From a virus, in the IMG/VR virus record IMGVR_UViG_3300030380_005901, positions 1 through 64,000 of that record: a stretch of 64,000 bases of DNA; one strand, written 5' to 3'. Made by a program: the position numbers and the translations under genes. Shown here one piece after another: positions 38,768 to 49,831 of the stretch. The first letter of the stretch is position 1. Each line of letters starts with the position of its first letter. The notes under the pieces were generated by a model. It did not search any database, was not told the origin of the DNA, and saw nothing but the letters and a program-made list of their open reading frames with translations.

Positions 38768-40335
38768 CTATATATAAGTATTTATAATTCCCAAATGGAA
38801 TTTCTTTTTTTACGATTTGGTTTTTTATATGACCACCATAATAATATCTTACCTATCAGCCTCTTCATCATTTTGTTCATATGCAGAAGGTGAAGGTAAT
38901 CCACTGTAATGACAATAATCTTTAGCGGGATAACTTTCTATAGTACTAAAACTATATTTTAATTTTTCTTTTTCTTTCTTTTTTGATTGGGGGGAATCTA
39001 CCCCAGTTTCCGTGTCCATCATAATCTATTATATCATCTTTTAATGTTGGTTTTTCTTCTATTTCTTTCTTAGTAGTAAACATAAAGAATATAACATATG
39101 TTGAGAATATTATAAAACCAATAATAAAAATTAAGAATCCCATTTCTCGTCCTCAATTTTTCTTACTTTGTATTTCTTTACAAACTCTTTAGTTGGGCCT
39201 AACTTTTCTCTTTTTTTATAGTTATACCTACCTTGTTCTCTTTCTTGTTGTTTATGAGCTCTATTTATCATCCTAACCAGAAAATACATATAAGTAACAA
39301 ATATTACTAAACCTATTGCAAATATTAAAATATCCATAACTCTACTTTTTTAATGTGTTAAAGAAACAACCTAACCCTAAAATTGAAGGGACCCATATCC
39401 CAACAAACATACCTTCATCTTTATGCCCAATAAACCATAAGGTTACTGAGAATAAAAAACTAATAAACGCCAATAATATTGGGTAATACTTTTCTAATTT
39501 TTCCATTTTTTTATTTTTTTTACTAATTTAATAATTTATTTTTTAATAGTCAAATTTTGTTTGATAATGATTTCAGATAATTATTATACTTAATAAATAA
39601 TGTTCTAGTTAATTCATCTGCACAACCAGTTTCTATTGCCTCTTTAGTTATTTTACGTCTAAGTTCCACAACCCTTTCCTCAATAAAATTTTGATGTTTT
39701 TTATATTTCAAATATTCTTTTAATAAATGTAATCTTCTTCTCATTTAATTGGTTTTTTTATTATCAAACAAATCGTCCAAATGTGGAGGAACAATATCTA
39801 CAATGTGTTTTTTCCACCACTTTTTAATTTTTAATAATATTTTATTCATCTTCTACCAATCTAAAATCAATATCATCTGTAGCCGGTTTGTCTCTTAATA
39901 AATCATAGTCTAAGTCCCATAACCATTCTGGTTCTTCTATTTCACCAGTTTCATCATTTTCCCAAGCTAAATATTCTTTTTCTTGTTCTTTGGTAATTTC
40001 AGCTTCATACCAAAGCCAATCTGTTTGTGTAACGAATTTTTCTATTTTAGGCATAATTACGATTTATTATTTTTTACAAAATCTTCAATAATTTTTGAGT
40101 CTATTTCATCAACCCCACCTTGAACTCTACCGACACATTCTTTAACATATTCTATTAATTTACTTTCAGTAAATCTATGTGTTACAAACTCATAATCATT
40201 ATGTGAAACAGGTGGTCTATACCCATATCCTTTTGATTGTCTTAATTCTTCTAACGTTCTTTGTTTAGTCATTTTATTTATATTTTATACAAAGATAATT
40301 AATTTTTTTCATAAAATCAACATATTTATTGCCAA

Positions 40336-41328
40336 ATGAATACGTTTAAAGCCGGTAAAAAAATAAAATCTAAAAAATTCTTTGACGCTAAAACTAAAAT
40401 GATGTGTGAACATGCATGGGAATGGGCAAAAAAAGAAGGCGCGATGAATGTTGGTGAAGGTGATGCTCTTTGGAGAACAGGGTTGGCATATATTGCATGG
40501 AAAGAACCTTTAATGAAAGAAGGTATATTAGAATGTTATCGTCCGTTTGGTGAGAACTATCATTTCAAAAATAAAATGTATCAAGCATCAAGACACACAG
40601 GTAGATATGGTGAAGACGATGTTTCAAGAGATCAAACAATTATGTCTTTGGCAGCATTAAAAGTAAACGGAGATTTAGAAGAATTAGATGAAATTGCTAG
40701 TCATTTACCCTACAGACTTTCTAGAAGATTCGTAATGGGTCCCGGTATGTGGGCATGGGTAAAAACACTAACCTGTAACAAACATATTAAATTATATACC
40801 AACATCACATGTGGTTTAGGTTTGATAGAAAAATCTATTGCAATTGGATTAAATAAACTTATTGCACCAATATGTGGTTTTAAAAGAAATGTAATTAAAA
40901 ATAATGATTATACTTCTAGAGTTCATTATGATTTAAAAGAAAAATGGAATGGATTTCAAAAACAACTATCAAGAGCATATTATCCCGGTTTTGCATTTCA
41001 TTTGGCGTGTTGGGAAATTTTTACCCTACCAGAAGATTATAATCCATTATTAAGGAAACTTTATACTAAACTGATGTTAAGTTATTGTGAGAAAGAAAAC
41101 TACCTTTGTAGACTTTTATTGGGTGATAAAACAGTCACTTGGGAAGAAGTAGAAAATTATAACCCTAGAGAAGGTTTTAGGTGGCAAGCATATTTAGATG
41201 GTAGTTGGTCTAACTATAATGGAGAAAAATCACAAGAATGGAAAGATAAATATCTTAAATGGAATCAAATGGATAAAGATTGTCTTATTACTATTTGGTT
41301 GAAGGTGAGAAAAATAGATTCTATATAA
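40336..41328 (+). CDS. hypothetical aromatic-rich helical protein
   Basis: 330-aa ORF; TATTTAT upstream. Confidence 0.8.
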   Translation: MNTFKAGKKIKSKKFFDAKTKMMCEHAWEWAKKEGAMNVGEGDALWRTGLAYIAWKEPLMKEGILECYRPFGENYHFKNKMYQASRHTGRYGEDDVSRDQTIMSLAALKVNGDLEELDEIASHLPYRLSRRFVMGPGMWAWVKTLTCNKHIKLYTNITCGLGLIEKSIAIGLNKLIAPICGFKRNVIKNNDYTSRVHYDLKEKWNGFQKQLSRAYYPGFAFHLACWEIFTLPEDYNPLLRKLYTKLMLSYCEKENYLCRLLLGDKTVTWEEVENYNPREGFRWQAYLDGSWSNYNGEKSQEWKDKYLKWNQMDKDCLITIWLKVRKIDSI

Positions 41329-41330
41329 AT

Positions 41331-41360
41331 AAAAAAAGGGAAACCGAAGTCTCCCTTTTT
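41331..41360. terminator. bidirectional intrinsic terminator
   Basis: A7-GGGA...TCCC-T5 between convergent genes. Confidence 0.75.
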
Positions 41361-41416
41361 ATTATAAAACTATGTATTATTACTTTTTAATTAAAGATTA
41401 TATAAAAATGTCCTTA

Positions 41417-44400
41417 TTAAGGCTCCATTTCCGTTCCATCTTCATTTAAAGCTTTAATATCTAAATTTTCATCCATTAATTCAAATTCTGGTGGATTCGT
41501 TGCAATTGCTTTAGGTCCATCACCTACTACTCCGATATTAAAATATCCTGTAGTTTTGACTTCTCTAGGTTCTTCACCTATCATTGCATCGTATACTTTG
41601 CTTTCTGTGTTTTTGTTTACATCTGAAACAGTTGCAGATCTTGTTATATTTCTAACAGATTCTGCAGAAGAACAAAATTCGTCTGCCACTTCTTCTGCTG
41701 CTTTTAACTTAAATACAATATCTGCTTCATTATCTTTGGCACTATCAATAGTCTTACTCAATTTCTCTATTAATGATTCCGACTCTGCTTTTACATCAGA
41801 TGCAAGAGCTTTATTATTCTCAGAAATAGTTCGAGTTGCTTTGTTTGATGCCAAAGCAGATTGTCTTTCCTCAAATTCATTAGTAGCGTTGGAGGTATCC
41901 TCTTCTAAACCACTAACAGTTTTTTCAAGATCAGAAATATCTGATTGAAGTGATTTTTCGATATCTCTATTCTCAGCCAAAACAGCGTCTAGTGCTTCTA
42001 GCTCTTTCTTAGCATCTGCGATGTTTTGATTATACATATCTAATACACTTTGATCAGGAAACGGTCTAGCTTCTTCAGCAGCTTTTAAAGTTTCATTTAA
42101 CTTAACAGTGTTATCTGCTTCTGCCATACTACTTTCATTACTTATAATATCCTTCTGAACCTCATCTAACTTTGTATTCTTTTCAGATAACTCTGTTATA
42201 CTCACCTCATAATCAGCTTGTAATGTTTTTAATTCAGCCATAATTTTCTTCATTTCTAAATTAATTGTATTCATGTTTTCAGAAGCTTCATCTATTGCTT
42301 TAGTATACTCCTCAATTGCTGCAGTAAGATCTGCTACAAATGTTTCTTTAACATCTTTAGCTTCTTTACTTTCATCAATATTATATTGAGTTGAATCCAA
42401 CAGTCTTCTCAGTTTAACAATAGCCCTTCTAGACTCACTACATTTGTATGTACCTTTTTTAAGTATATCATCAATTGAAAATTCACAATCGTCTACTACT
42501 GGTGTATTTAAGTTAACATTCGTAGTTTTTTCTACTAAAACAGAAATTTGTGATCCTAATGCCGGTGCAAAATCAAATTCTAATTCTCCCCTTTGACCAA
42601 CAAATCCATTTTGTATCAAACCATTTAATGTAACAAGAATTACTTTATATTCTCCTTCTACTACGATATTAAAACTAGTTCTATTACCGTCAGGGAAAGG
42701 AAATATTAAAGCTTCTTCAATTGATACATTATCTACGGCTTCGTTGATGTCACTAACCAATCTTTCAGATATACAGTCAGATGTATTCAAAATCTCACCT
42801 ACTGCGTCAGAAACGTTAGTCTCTAAAACGTAGTTTTGCCATTCTGAATAAGCAACAGTAGAGTTAGAATCTTTTCCAAATCTATCTATATGTGCTTTTG
42901 CAGCTTCTACTACACTCTCAGGATGTGAACCAATCGGTGATTTTAAAATTGCAATCGCTTCTTCTGTTACTAATTTAAATACAGTTTTATTTACCTCTAA
43001 ATCCGTAACTGTTTCAACAGGATTTAATCCTATCTCTTCTTTAGTTTCCGCTCTGTATGATTCTTCGTCAGTATTATGTTCATTAAGATACCAAGCAAAA
43101 TGTCCAGCTTGACATTTAGCGTATGGTTCTAAATTTGTCTCACAAGTATAATCACTTAAATTTTGATTAATTTTAGAAATTTCATCTTCTAATTTAGCTA
43201 TTTCATCTTCTTTCTCTGCGCCTTCAAGTGCTCTTTGAACTTTAGATAATAACTGTTTTAGCATATCAATATAATCTACATATTGTTTATATACATCTTC
43301 TCTAAAATCTACTTGATTTAACCTGTCTCTCCAGTCATCGTAAGAAAATACTGAAGCTAATGTAGATGTTAAAGTAAAAGTATTTCTAAACCATACGGCT
43401 TTTTCATAATTAAACATATCTTCATCATCTAATTCTACACCATCTTCATCTGCTTTGTCTGCCATATCAAGTATAGCTTTCATTTCGGCAGCTTTTTCCT
43501 TAAATTCATCATTTAATACTCTGTAGTATTCACCTGTTCCTTCAGTGCTACCATCAACGCCAATACCTAATGCTCTTTCCGCTAACCCTGTTCTAAAAGA
43601 ATTTTCGTTAGTGTCATGCTCATTAAGATACCAAGCAAAATGTCCAGCTTGACATATAGCGTGTGAATCTAAATTTGTCTCACAAGTATATAAAGATAAC
43701 TCATTATCAATTTTAGAAATTTCATCTTCTAATTTAGCTATTTCATCTTCTTTCTCTGCGCCTTCGAGTGCACTTTGAAATTTAGATAACATCTTTTTTA
43801 AAGAACTAATAAAATCTACATATTTTCTATATACATCTTCTTTAAAATCTACTTGATTTAATCTATCTCTCCAGTCATCGTAAGAAAATACTGCAGCTAA
43901 CGTAGATGTTAAAGTAAAAGTATTTCTAAACCATACGGCTTTTTCATAATTAAACATATCTTCGTTATCTAATTCTACACCATCTTCTTCTGCTTTTTGA
44001 GCCATATCAAGTATAGCTCTCATTTCGTCAGCTTTTTCCCTAAATTCATCATGTAATACTCTGTAGTATTCACCTGTAAATTCAGTATTACCATCAACAC
44101 CAATACCTAATGCTCTAGTTTCTAAAATTTCTTTAAATTCATCAAAAGCATTTGTATCAATATCAAAAAAGTATTGAATCCCTTTCTCTAAGGTTGCAAT
44201 TCTTTTTGTTACATCTTCAGGATAAAGTTCATCTATATCTGTAATTCTTTCAAATTGTTCAACTATATCTGTAATTTTATCTTCTAGTTCAGCGTATTCA
44301 GGTTTGTTTACATCCGTCTGTTCTAGTTCAGAGTATAAGCTAACTAATTGTTTTCTTAACTTTTCAACGTGCTTACTATACTGTTCCATTTGAGATGAAT

Positions 44401-44935
44401 CTAAATCATCTACTACATTACTGAAATCTTTCAATTTCCAAGCTAAGAAGTGGATTGCACTATAAGTCTCACCAAAGTTTGATAACCATAATCTTGCATA
44501 TTCTGCTTCACCTGGTGCTGCACCATCTCCGGATTTAATGATTTTAATTGCTTCTGCTTGTTCTGCTAAATAATCTGTAATATCAGATTTTATTACTTCA
44601 GCAGTAAACTCACTATCTTTATCACCTGTTAAGAATTTTAAATCCTTTTCGATATTATCAATAGAGCTAGCAATACCATCACTTATACCTTCTATCGAAC
44701 CTGCCACTTTTTCAATTCTGGAAGTATTTTCTGCGATTTCTCCGCCTAATTCTTCTCCTTGTCTTGTAATCTCCTGACCTAACTTAGCATCTCCATCACT
44801 AATTTCTGATTGTAAACGAGTTTTAAATTCAGAAGATTCCGCGTTAGTTTGTCCATCGATATCTAATCTTGTACCTTGTTGAGGTACTTCTGGATTTCCT
44901 TTAAAAGGATCTCCGTCTTCGGGTATGTGTCCCAT
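41417..44935 (-). CDS. 1172-aa acidic coiled-coil protein with 180-aa-period internal duplication and a fibre-type beta module; likely virion appendage
   Basis: Long heptad regions; PDGNRTSF...VTLNGLIQ...FDFAPALGSQISV resembles modules in phage tail/fibre proteins. Confidence 0.7.
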   Translation of the reverse strand: MGHIPEDGDPFKGNPEVPQQGTRLDIDGQTNAESSEFKTRLQSEISDGDAKLGQEITRQGEELGGEIAENTSRIEKVAGSIEGISDGIASSIDNIEKDLKFLTGDKDSEFTAEVIKSDITDYLAEQAEAIKIIKSGDGAAPGEAEYARLWLSNFGETYSAIHFLAWKLKDFSNVVDDLDSSQMEQYSKHVEKLRKQLVSLYSELEQTDVNKPEYAELEDKITDIVEQFERITDIDELYPEDVTKRIATLEKGIQYFFDIDTNAFDEFKEILETRALGIGVDGNTEFTGEYYRVLHDEFREKADEMRAILDMAQKAEEDGVELDNEDMFNYEKAVWFRNTFTLTSTLAAVFSYDDWRDRLNQVDFKEDVYRKYVDFISSLKKMLSKFQSALEGAEKEDEIAKLEDEISKIDNELSLYTCETNLDSHAICQAGHFAWYLNEHDTNENSFRTGLAERALGIGVDGSTEGTGEYYRVLNDEFKEKAAEMKAILDMADKADEDGVELDDEDMFNYEKAVWFRNTFTLTSTLASVFSYDDWRDRLNQVDFREDVYKQYVDYIDMLKQLLSKVQRALEGAEKEDEIAKLEDEISKINQNLSDYTCETNLEPYAKCQAGHFAWYLNEHNTDEESYRAETKEEIGLNPVETVTDLEVNKTVFKLVTEEAIAILKSPIGSHPESVVEAAKAHIDRFGKDSNSTVAYSEWQNYVLETNVSDAVGEILNTSDCISERLVSDINEAVDNVSIEEALIFPFPDGNRTSFNIVVEGEYKVILVTLNGLIQNGFVGQRGELEFDFAPALGSQISVLVEKTTNVNLNTPVVDDCEFSIDDILKKGTYKCSESRRAIVKLRRLLDSTQYNIDESKEAKDVKETFVADLTAAIEEYTKAIDEASENMNTINLEMKKIMAELKTLQADYEVSITELSEKNTKLDEVQKDIISNESSMAEADNTVKLNETLKAAEEARPFPDQSVLDMYNQNIADAKKELEALDAVLAENRDIEKSLQSDISDLEKTVSGLEEDTSNATNEFEERQSALASNKATRTISENNKALASDVKAESESLIEKLSKTIDSAKDNEADIVFKLKAAEEVADEFCSSAESVRNITRSATVSDVNKNTESKVYDAMIGEEPREVKTTGYFNIGVVGDGPKAIATNPPEFELMDENLDIKALNEDGTEMEP
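43077..44116. repeat. intragenic tandem duplication, 540-bp period
   Basis: ATTAAGATACCAAGCAAAATGTCCAGCTTGACAT at 43082 and 43622; CAATACCTAATGCTCT at 43561 and 44101. Confidence 0.95.
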
Positions 44936-45117
44936 AATTTATTTATTTTTATTTGATTGTTATTATTTTGAATTGTTTTTTATTATTGCGCAATTTATTC
45001 AATTCACTATATAAGTATACCCAAAATATAAAAGGTTAAGGGCGTAATTTAAATATTACAAAACAATTACAAAAACCTTACTTTTCAGTGTATTTTGGGG
45101 TATTTTTTCTTAAAAAT

Positions 45118-46713
45118 TTATATTAAATTTTCGTTAAGATATTGTTTAATTACTGATGGTATTTTAGACTCATCAACAGGGTAAGTTTTATTTAAATCTA
45201 TAATTAAAACATTAGGGTTAATTCCCATCGCTTTAGCGGTACAAAGTCTAGTATTTCCTGCCACTAACCAGTATCGATCATCAAATCTTGCAATAATAGG
45301 TGGGTGATAATTTCCCTCATTAAATTTCTTTTTTAATTTTAATGGATTACCTTTTTGATATTTGTTTGCAATTTTAAATACTTCATCAAAATCTCCCTTG
45401 TTAATATCTACTGATTCACTATTTTCTAATTGATTCCATATTTTATATTTTAAAGGTTGTGGTGTTGCGTTTTCTATCTCTTTTGATACATCTTCTACTG
45501 TTGTATTAAAATTATGGTGTCTACTTAAATCTTGTACTACTCTTTGTATCTCATCCATTTCTTTTTTAACATCCTTTTTAGATTCCCATATATTATATTT
45601 TTTATTATATTTTTCCTTTTGTTTTCGTCTCTTTTCTATAAGAGGAATTTTTAATGTCTCCACCTTTTCTTTTAACTTTTTAAGGTATTCGGAATCGAAA
45701 TACTCTAATTCTCCTCTTGTAGAAAAACCATAAGCCTCAATTAATTCATTGGCAAAGTATTTAATAAAAGAAGACATTCTTTCAAAATTTTCGTCTAATA
45801 ACCAAGTTATATTAAATTTATACTTTTTATCATTAGGGAATTGTGGGGTGATAAAATTTCCAAACCAAGGACTACTTGTTGACCAAGCATCATAGTCCGT
45901 CACATATAAGTTCATTTCAGTTTTCTCAACCATTCTTTTAACCACCTTATCTATAAAGTTTTTAACTTCTTCATTGGGTATAGTTTCATCATAATTATTA
46001 AAGGATTCATTTATTGATTCTCTAACACTACTCCTAAGTTTGGTATCTTTGTTGAGATTAATAACTTTAATTTTAAAATCTAAGTATGAATCTTTTTTTC
46101 TTATTAGCCATTCCCTTTCTAGTGTTCTTTCTATTTCATCTTGTAAAGGGTGTTGTACTATAGCAGTAGGTTGTCCATCATCTTTATCTATGTAAACAGT
46201 GAATATCATTTCGCCCCACATATCATAAGTCCATGTTACATTTATAACTTCGTCCCATCGTTGTTCTATAAACTGTGCCAGTTTTTCTACGAACTTTTCA
46301 CTTACAGTTGGGTGTCCCATAATTTTATTAAAACCTTTTCTGGCGTATTTTTTGAATATGTTTTCTTCGTTGAGTTCTTCTGAAGTTTCCATATTCTCTA
46401 TTATGAAGTTACTTATTTTTGTATACATCTCTTTTAAGTATATTTCATATACATAATATGTTTCTCCTTTAGATAATGCGTATATATCTTCTACAAAATT
46501 CTCAAACCCTACTTTGAATAAATCTTGATGTGAACCTTCTCCTTTAAAATATGCCGCTGCAGTTGTTTTATGGTTATTAAATGGTACTGCAACTCTTACA
46601 TCATTCCATCCACCATCTCTAATAAAAGTAAGTTTAGTTGGTTTCCATAATAGTTTGGATTCCCCCACTAAACTATCTACTACATTTTTTATGAATTTTT
46701 TCTTAGGACTCAT
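45118..46713 (-). CDS. polyprotein: repeat domains plus C-terminal ParB/Srx-like domain
   Basis: KFIKNVVDSLVGES, NFIDKVVKRMVEKT; linkers LNEE, VRESINES, IWES; PPIIARF...LVAGNTRL. Confidence 0.8.
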   Translation of the reverse strand: MSPKKKFIKNVVDSLVGESKLLWKPTKLTFIRDGGWNDVRVAVPFNNHKTTAAAYFKGEGSHQDLFKVGFENFVEDIYALSKGETYYVYEIYLKEMYTKISNFIIENMETSEELNEENIFKKYARKGFNKIMGHPTVSEKFVEKLAQFIEQRWDEVINVTWTYDMWGEMIFTVYIDKDDGQPTAIVQHPLQDEIERTLEREWLIRKKDSYLDFKIKVINLNKDTKLRSSVRESINESFNNYDETIPNEEVKNFIDKVVKRMVEKTEMNLYVTDYDAWSTSSPWFGNFITPQFPNDKKYKFNITWLLDENFERMSSFIKYFANELIEAYGFSTRGELEYFDSEYLKKLKEKVETLKIPLIEKRRKQKEKYNKKYNIWESKKDVKKEMDEIQRVVQDLSRHHNFNTTVEDVSKEIENATPQPLKYKIWNQLENSESVDINKGDFDEVFKIANKYQKGNPLKLKKKFNEGNYHPPIIARFDDRYWLVAGNTRLCTAKAMGINPNVLIIDLNKTYPVDESKIPSVIKQYLNENLI

Positions 46714-46732
46714 AATTATAAATATTATCTAT

Positions 46733-47311
46733 TTATAAAAACAAGTTGAATTTAATCATTTTGATTGCAATTGCCAAACATATTATACCGAATACCTTAC
46801 GCAATACCATCATACCATTCTTACCCAATACCTTAGATAGTCTGTCACTAAACTTCAAAGTAATATATACTACAATTAAATTTAGAATGATACCAATTAG
46901 TATAGTCCAAAAAGGGTAAAGAGAATTAAAAGAGATTATTGTAGTTAAAGAACCTGGTCCTGCGATAAGGGGAAACGCCAATGGTACTATAGATGAACCT
47001 TCCGTATCTGGTTCACTTTTAAAGAAGGTTAAACCTAAAACCAACTCTAACCCCATAAAGAATAATATAAGTCCACCAGCGATAGAGAATGAAGCCACAT
47101 CAATCCCTAAAAAGGATAAAGCTCTTTCACCAGTAAATAAAAACAAAACCATAATAAAAAAAGATATAAGAGTTGCCTTAAGACTTTCTATCTTTCCAAA
47201 TTTTTCTCTTAAATCTAATACTATGGGTATAGAACCAAATATATCTATCACCGCAAATAACGTCATCGTTATAGTTATAATTTCATTAAACATAATACCA
47301 CTTATATTCAT
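46733..47311 (-). CDS. marC: MarC family membrane protein
   Basis: LFAVIDIFGSIPIV...FSIAGG...SIVPLAFPLIAGPGSLTT...RKVFGII. Confidence 0.92.
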   Translation of the reverse strand: MNISGIMFNEIITITMTLFAVIDIFGSIPIVLDLREKFGKIESLKATLISFFIMVLFLFTGERALSFLGIDVASFSIAGGLILFFMGLELVLGLTFFKSEPDTEGSSIVPLAFPLIAGPGSLTTIISFNSLYPFWTILIGIILNLIVVYITLKFSDRLSKVLGKNGMMVLRKVFGIICLAIAIKMIKFNLFL

Positions 47312-47404
47312 ATAATTTATTTTATTCCTTTATTTAAATATAACATTTTGTAAAATAATTACATTAATTATTTGTTAATTTTTAAAATTATGTAGGGGAT
47401 TAAT

Positions 47405-47638
47405 TTATATCAATTTAGACAACTCAATACACTTTTCAAAATCCTCAGATTCTTTAAAATAATTTAACATATTTTCAATATCTTGTTTAGTGGGATTAGT
47501 TTCTATATTATGTGCAAATACTAAGTTTGAAATACCGTTTTCAACTATTAATTCTTCAATACTTTTATGATTCGTAAGTAAATCATAAGAATTATTCATC
47601 GCATTTTCCATATGTTTTAGTAAATCTATTTCGTCCAT
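47405..47638 (-). CDS. small protein with UvrB/C-like C-terminal motif
   Basis: YFKESEDFEKCIEL. Confidence 0.65.
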   Translation of the reverse strand: MDEIDLLKHMENAMNNSYDLLTNHKSIEELIVENGISNLVFAHNIETNPTKQDIENMLNYFKESEDFEKCIELSKLI

Positions 47639-47682
47639 ATTACTAATATAATATAAAAATATTAATAAATAAACAAAGTTTA

Positions 47683-48387
47683 TTATAAATTTTCTTTAGG
47701 GATGTATTTAAAATATTTGACTATAAAATTAGATTCTTCTTTACTATTAGGGTTTGCTTTTGTATCTACACTATTATTTATTATTACATTCATATTAGTG
47801 TGTCTAAAATGACGTAACACATAAGTATTAGTTATTTCTCTAACCATTTTATCATTATAAAATATTTGTATTTTGTCTCTATCCCATAAACACCCATACT
47901 TTATAAAATTTTTAGAAGGGTCTTTAAATCCCATCCAATGAGTTTCTGCACCCTCACTAGTATTATTAGGTACATCACCATAGTGAAAATTAGTTTGGAC
48001 ATTCCAAAACCCAAAGGGGTTTAAAAAATCAAAAGAAAAATACCCATTAGTTCTTCTTGTGTAACCCTCAAAAATATCTATTTCTGGTGGCCAAGAATCC
48101 CAAGACCACATCCAAAACGCTGGCCATAAATTCTTACCTCTCGGTAGTTTAGCTTCTATCTCAAAATATCCATACCCAAATTTTTCAGTACAAGATACTA
48201 AACCAACACCAATATTACTAGTTAGGTTTAATGATTCAAATTCTTTAGGGTTGTGATGTGTTTTGAGGTTTAAGTATCCATTATCATCAACAGACACTGC
48301 GGAAGGATCATACCAACAAATAGGTTTGTCAGGATGAATGTTTCCCCATCTTTCTTGTTTTATCCATTCGTATCCACTCCATTTCAT
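47683..48387 (-). CDS. glycoside hydrolase family 16 (laminarinase-like)
   Basis: FGYGYFEIEAKLP.G.NLWPAFWM......PPEIDIFE (ExDxxE). Confidence 0.92.
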   Translation of the reverse strand: MKWSGYEWIKQERWGNIHPDKPICWYDPSAVSVDDNGYLNLKTHHNPKEFESLNLTSNIGVGLVSCTEKFGYGYFEIEAKLPRGKNLWPAFWMWSWDSWPPEIDIFEGYTRRTNGYFSFDFLNPFGFWNVQTNFHYGDVPNNTSEGAETHWMGFKDPSKNFIKYGCLWDRDKIQIFYNDKMVREITNTYVLRHFRHTNMNVIINNSVDTKANPNSKEESNFIVKYFKYIPKENL

Positions 48388-48447
48388 ATAAATAAATAGG
48401 AAGTATGATTACCATTATTTAGATAGATTTGTAAAAGTTTTGTAACC

Positions 48448-49233
48448 CTATTTCTTAATAGGTGTCATTTTTTTCCATTTAGAAAGTATAAAATTTTCTA
48501 TTGTTACCCCCAATAATGTAGAAGGTCTAAATGCTATTTCGCCCGCATAAAACTTATTTTCTTTTTTACTGTAAAAGAAATCTATTCTAAAAAAGTCTAT
48601 TCTAAGTTCTTTTGCAATTTTTTTACAAATGTCATATTCTTTATCCCAATTAAAATAATTATTATTTTTATCTATGATATCTACCCTATCCCATTCTTTT
48701 GATCCGTCTCTTAAATCACCAACAATAGGACAACCATATAATACGAATACTTTAAACTCATAATCATAGTCTATAAACTCTTCTACTAACATTCCTTTTT
48801 CTGTTTCTTTCATCATTTTAGGTTCTGTTGATCTTGATGTTTTTTTTAGATTATCATTAAGACTTTTATTAACTTTTTCATAATTCCTATCATTTATGAA
48901 AACTCCATCACTTTCAGACATATGTGCTGGTTTTGCAACGTATATTTTGTGATATGATAAAATGTGTGCAATATCTCTCTCTATATTTGTATAATAATAA
49001 AGTTTTGGAACGTTCAACTCAAACTTTTCAAAAAACTTTTTAACTTCATACTTGTTGTAAAGTTTTTTAATAGTTTCACACTCAACACTATTTTTATGTG
49101 TCAAAGTTTTACGATAACTATATTCTATTGAAGTTTTATATTTATCATCAACATAATCATAATCAAATTGGGGTTGCCAGTTAATTAAGTTTTTAGTATT
49201 AAATTTTTTCATAACTAACAGATATTGGTTCAC
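48448..49233 (-). CDS. ATP-grasp (TupA-like) amidoligase
   Basis: NKYEVKKF...VAKPAHMS...LVEEFI..EFKVFV..G...FFRIDFF...AGEIAFRP. Confidence 0.8.
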   Translation of the reverse strand: MNQYLLVMKKFNTKNLINWQPQFDYDYVDDKYKTSIEYSYRKTLTHKNSVECETIKKLYNKYEVKKFFEKFELNVPKLYYYTNIERDIAHILSYHKIYVAKPAHMSESDGVFINDRNYEKVNKSLNDNLKKTSRSTEPKMMKETEKGMLVEEFIDYDYEFKVFVLYGCPIVGDLRDGSKEWDRVDIIDKNNNYFNWDKEYDICKKIAKELRIDFFRIDFFYSKKENKFYAGEIAFRPSTLLGVTIENFILSKWKKMTPIKK

Positions 49234-49831
49234 CTTTTTTTATTATTTTTTTAGATCTCAAAAAAATTTCTTTACCTTTTTTAATAAGTAGAGAATTTGG
49301 GTTACCAGACTCTAATAAATACCCACCGATAGGGTTAGGTTCATAACAATCTGTTTTACTATAATAACTGTGGGAATGTCCAAAATCAAAATCTTTTATA
49401 ATATCTTTAGTTGCATAAAGAACATAATTCCCATTTCTTTCTTCTATAGAAACACAATCTGGTAGAGGAATGTAATGTTTATTTTTGTCAGTATCAGGTT
49501 TTGTAGGGTCATACCAACTATATTTTAGTAAAACCTCTTCACCTTTTTTAATATCTTTTGTGGTTATTAATTCAGTAACATATCCTTTACCGTTAGAAAA
49601 TTCTTTTTTTACTATGGGTAACCATGCGTTTTTATTGACTGAGTAATTAAAAAAACCCACAAAAGGGTTTCTTAAATGTTTAACCGGTGTTTCACTATAA
49701 TCGTAATAATGACATATACCTAAATTGCTTCCTTTTGGGATAAATTCTGTTGCAAAATAACCCAACCCATGTAATGGTGACTTTTTAAGTTCTACACACT
49801 TTGGTATGTTATATCCTTTTTTAATGTTCAT
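49199..49831 (-). CDS. tandem SET-domain protein
   Basis: SPLHGLGYFATEFIPKG...FFNYS...DIKKGEEVLLKY, then a second degenerate copy ending IKKGEPISVSY. Confidence 0.85.
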   Translation of the reverse strand: MNIKKGYNIPKCVELKKSPLHGLGYFATEFIPKGSNLGICHYYDYSETPVKHLRNPFVGFFNYSVNKNAWLPIVKKEFSNGKGYVTELITTKDIKKGEEVLLKYSWYDPTKPDTDKNKHYIPLPDCVSIEERNGNYVLYATKDIIKDFDFGHSHSYYSKTDCYEPNPIGGYLLESGNPNSLLIKKGKEIFLRSKKIIKKGEPISVSYEKI

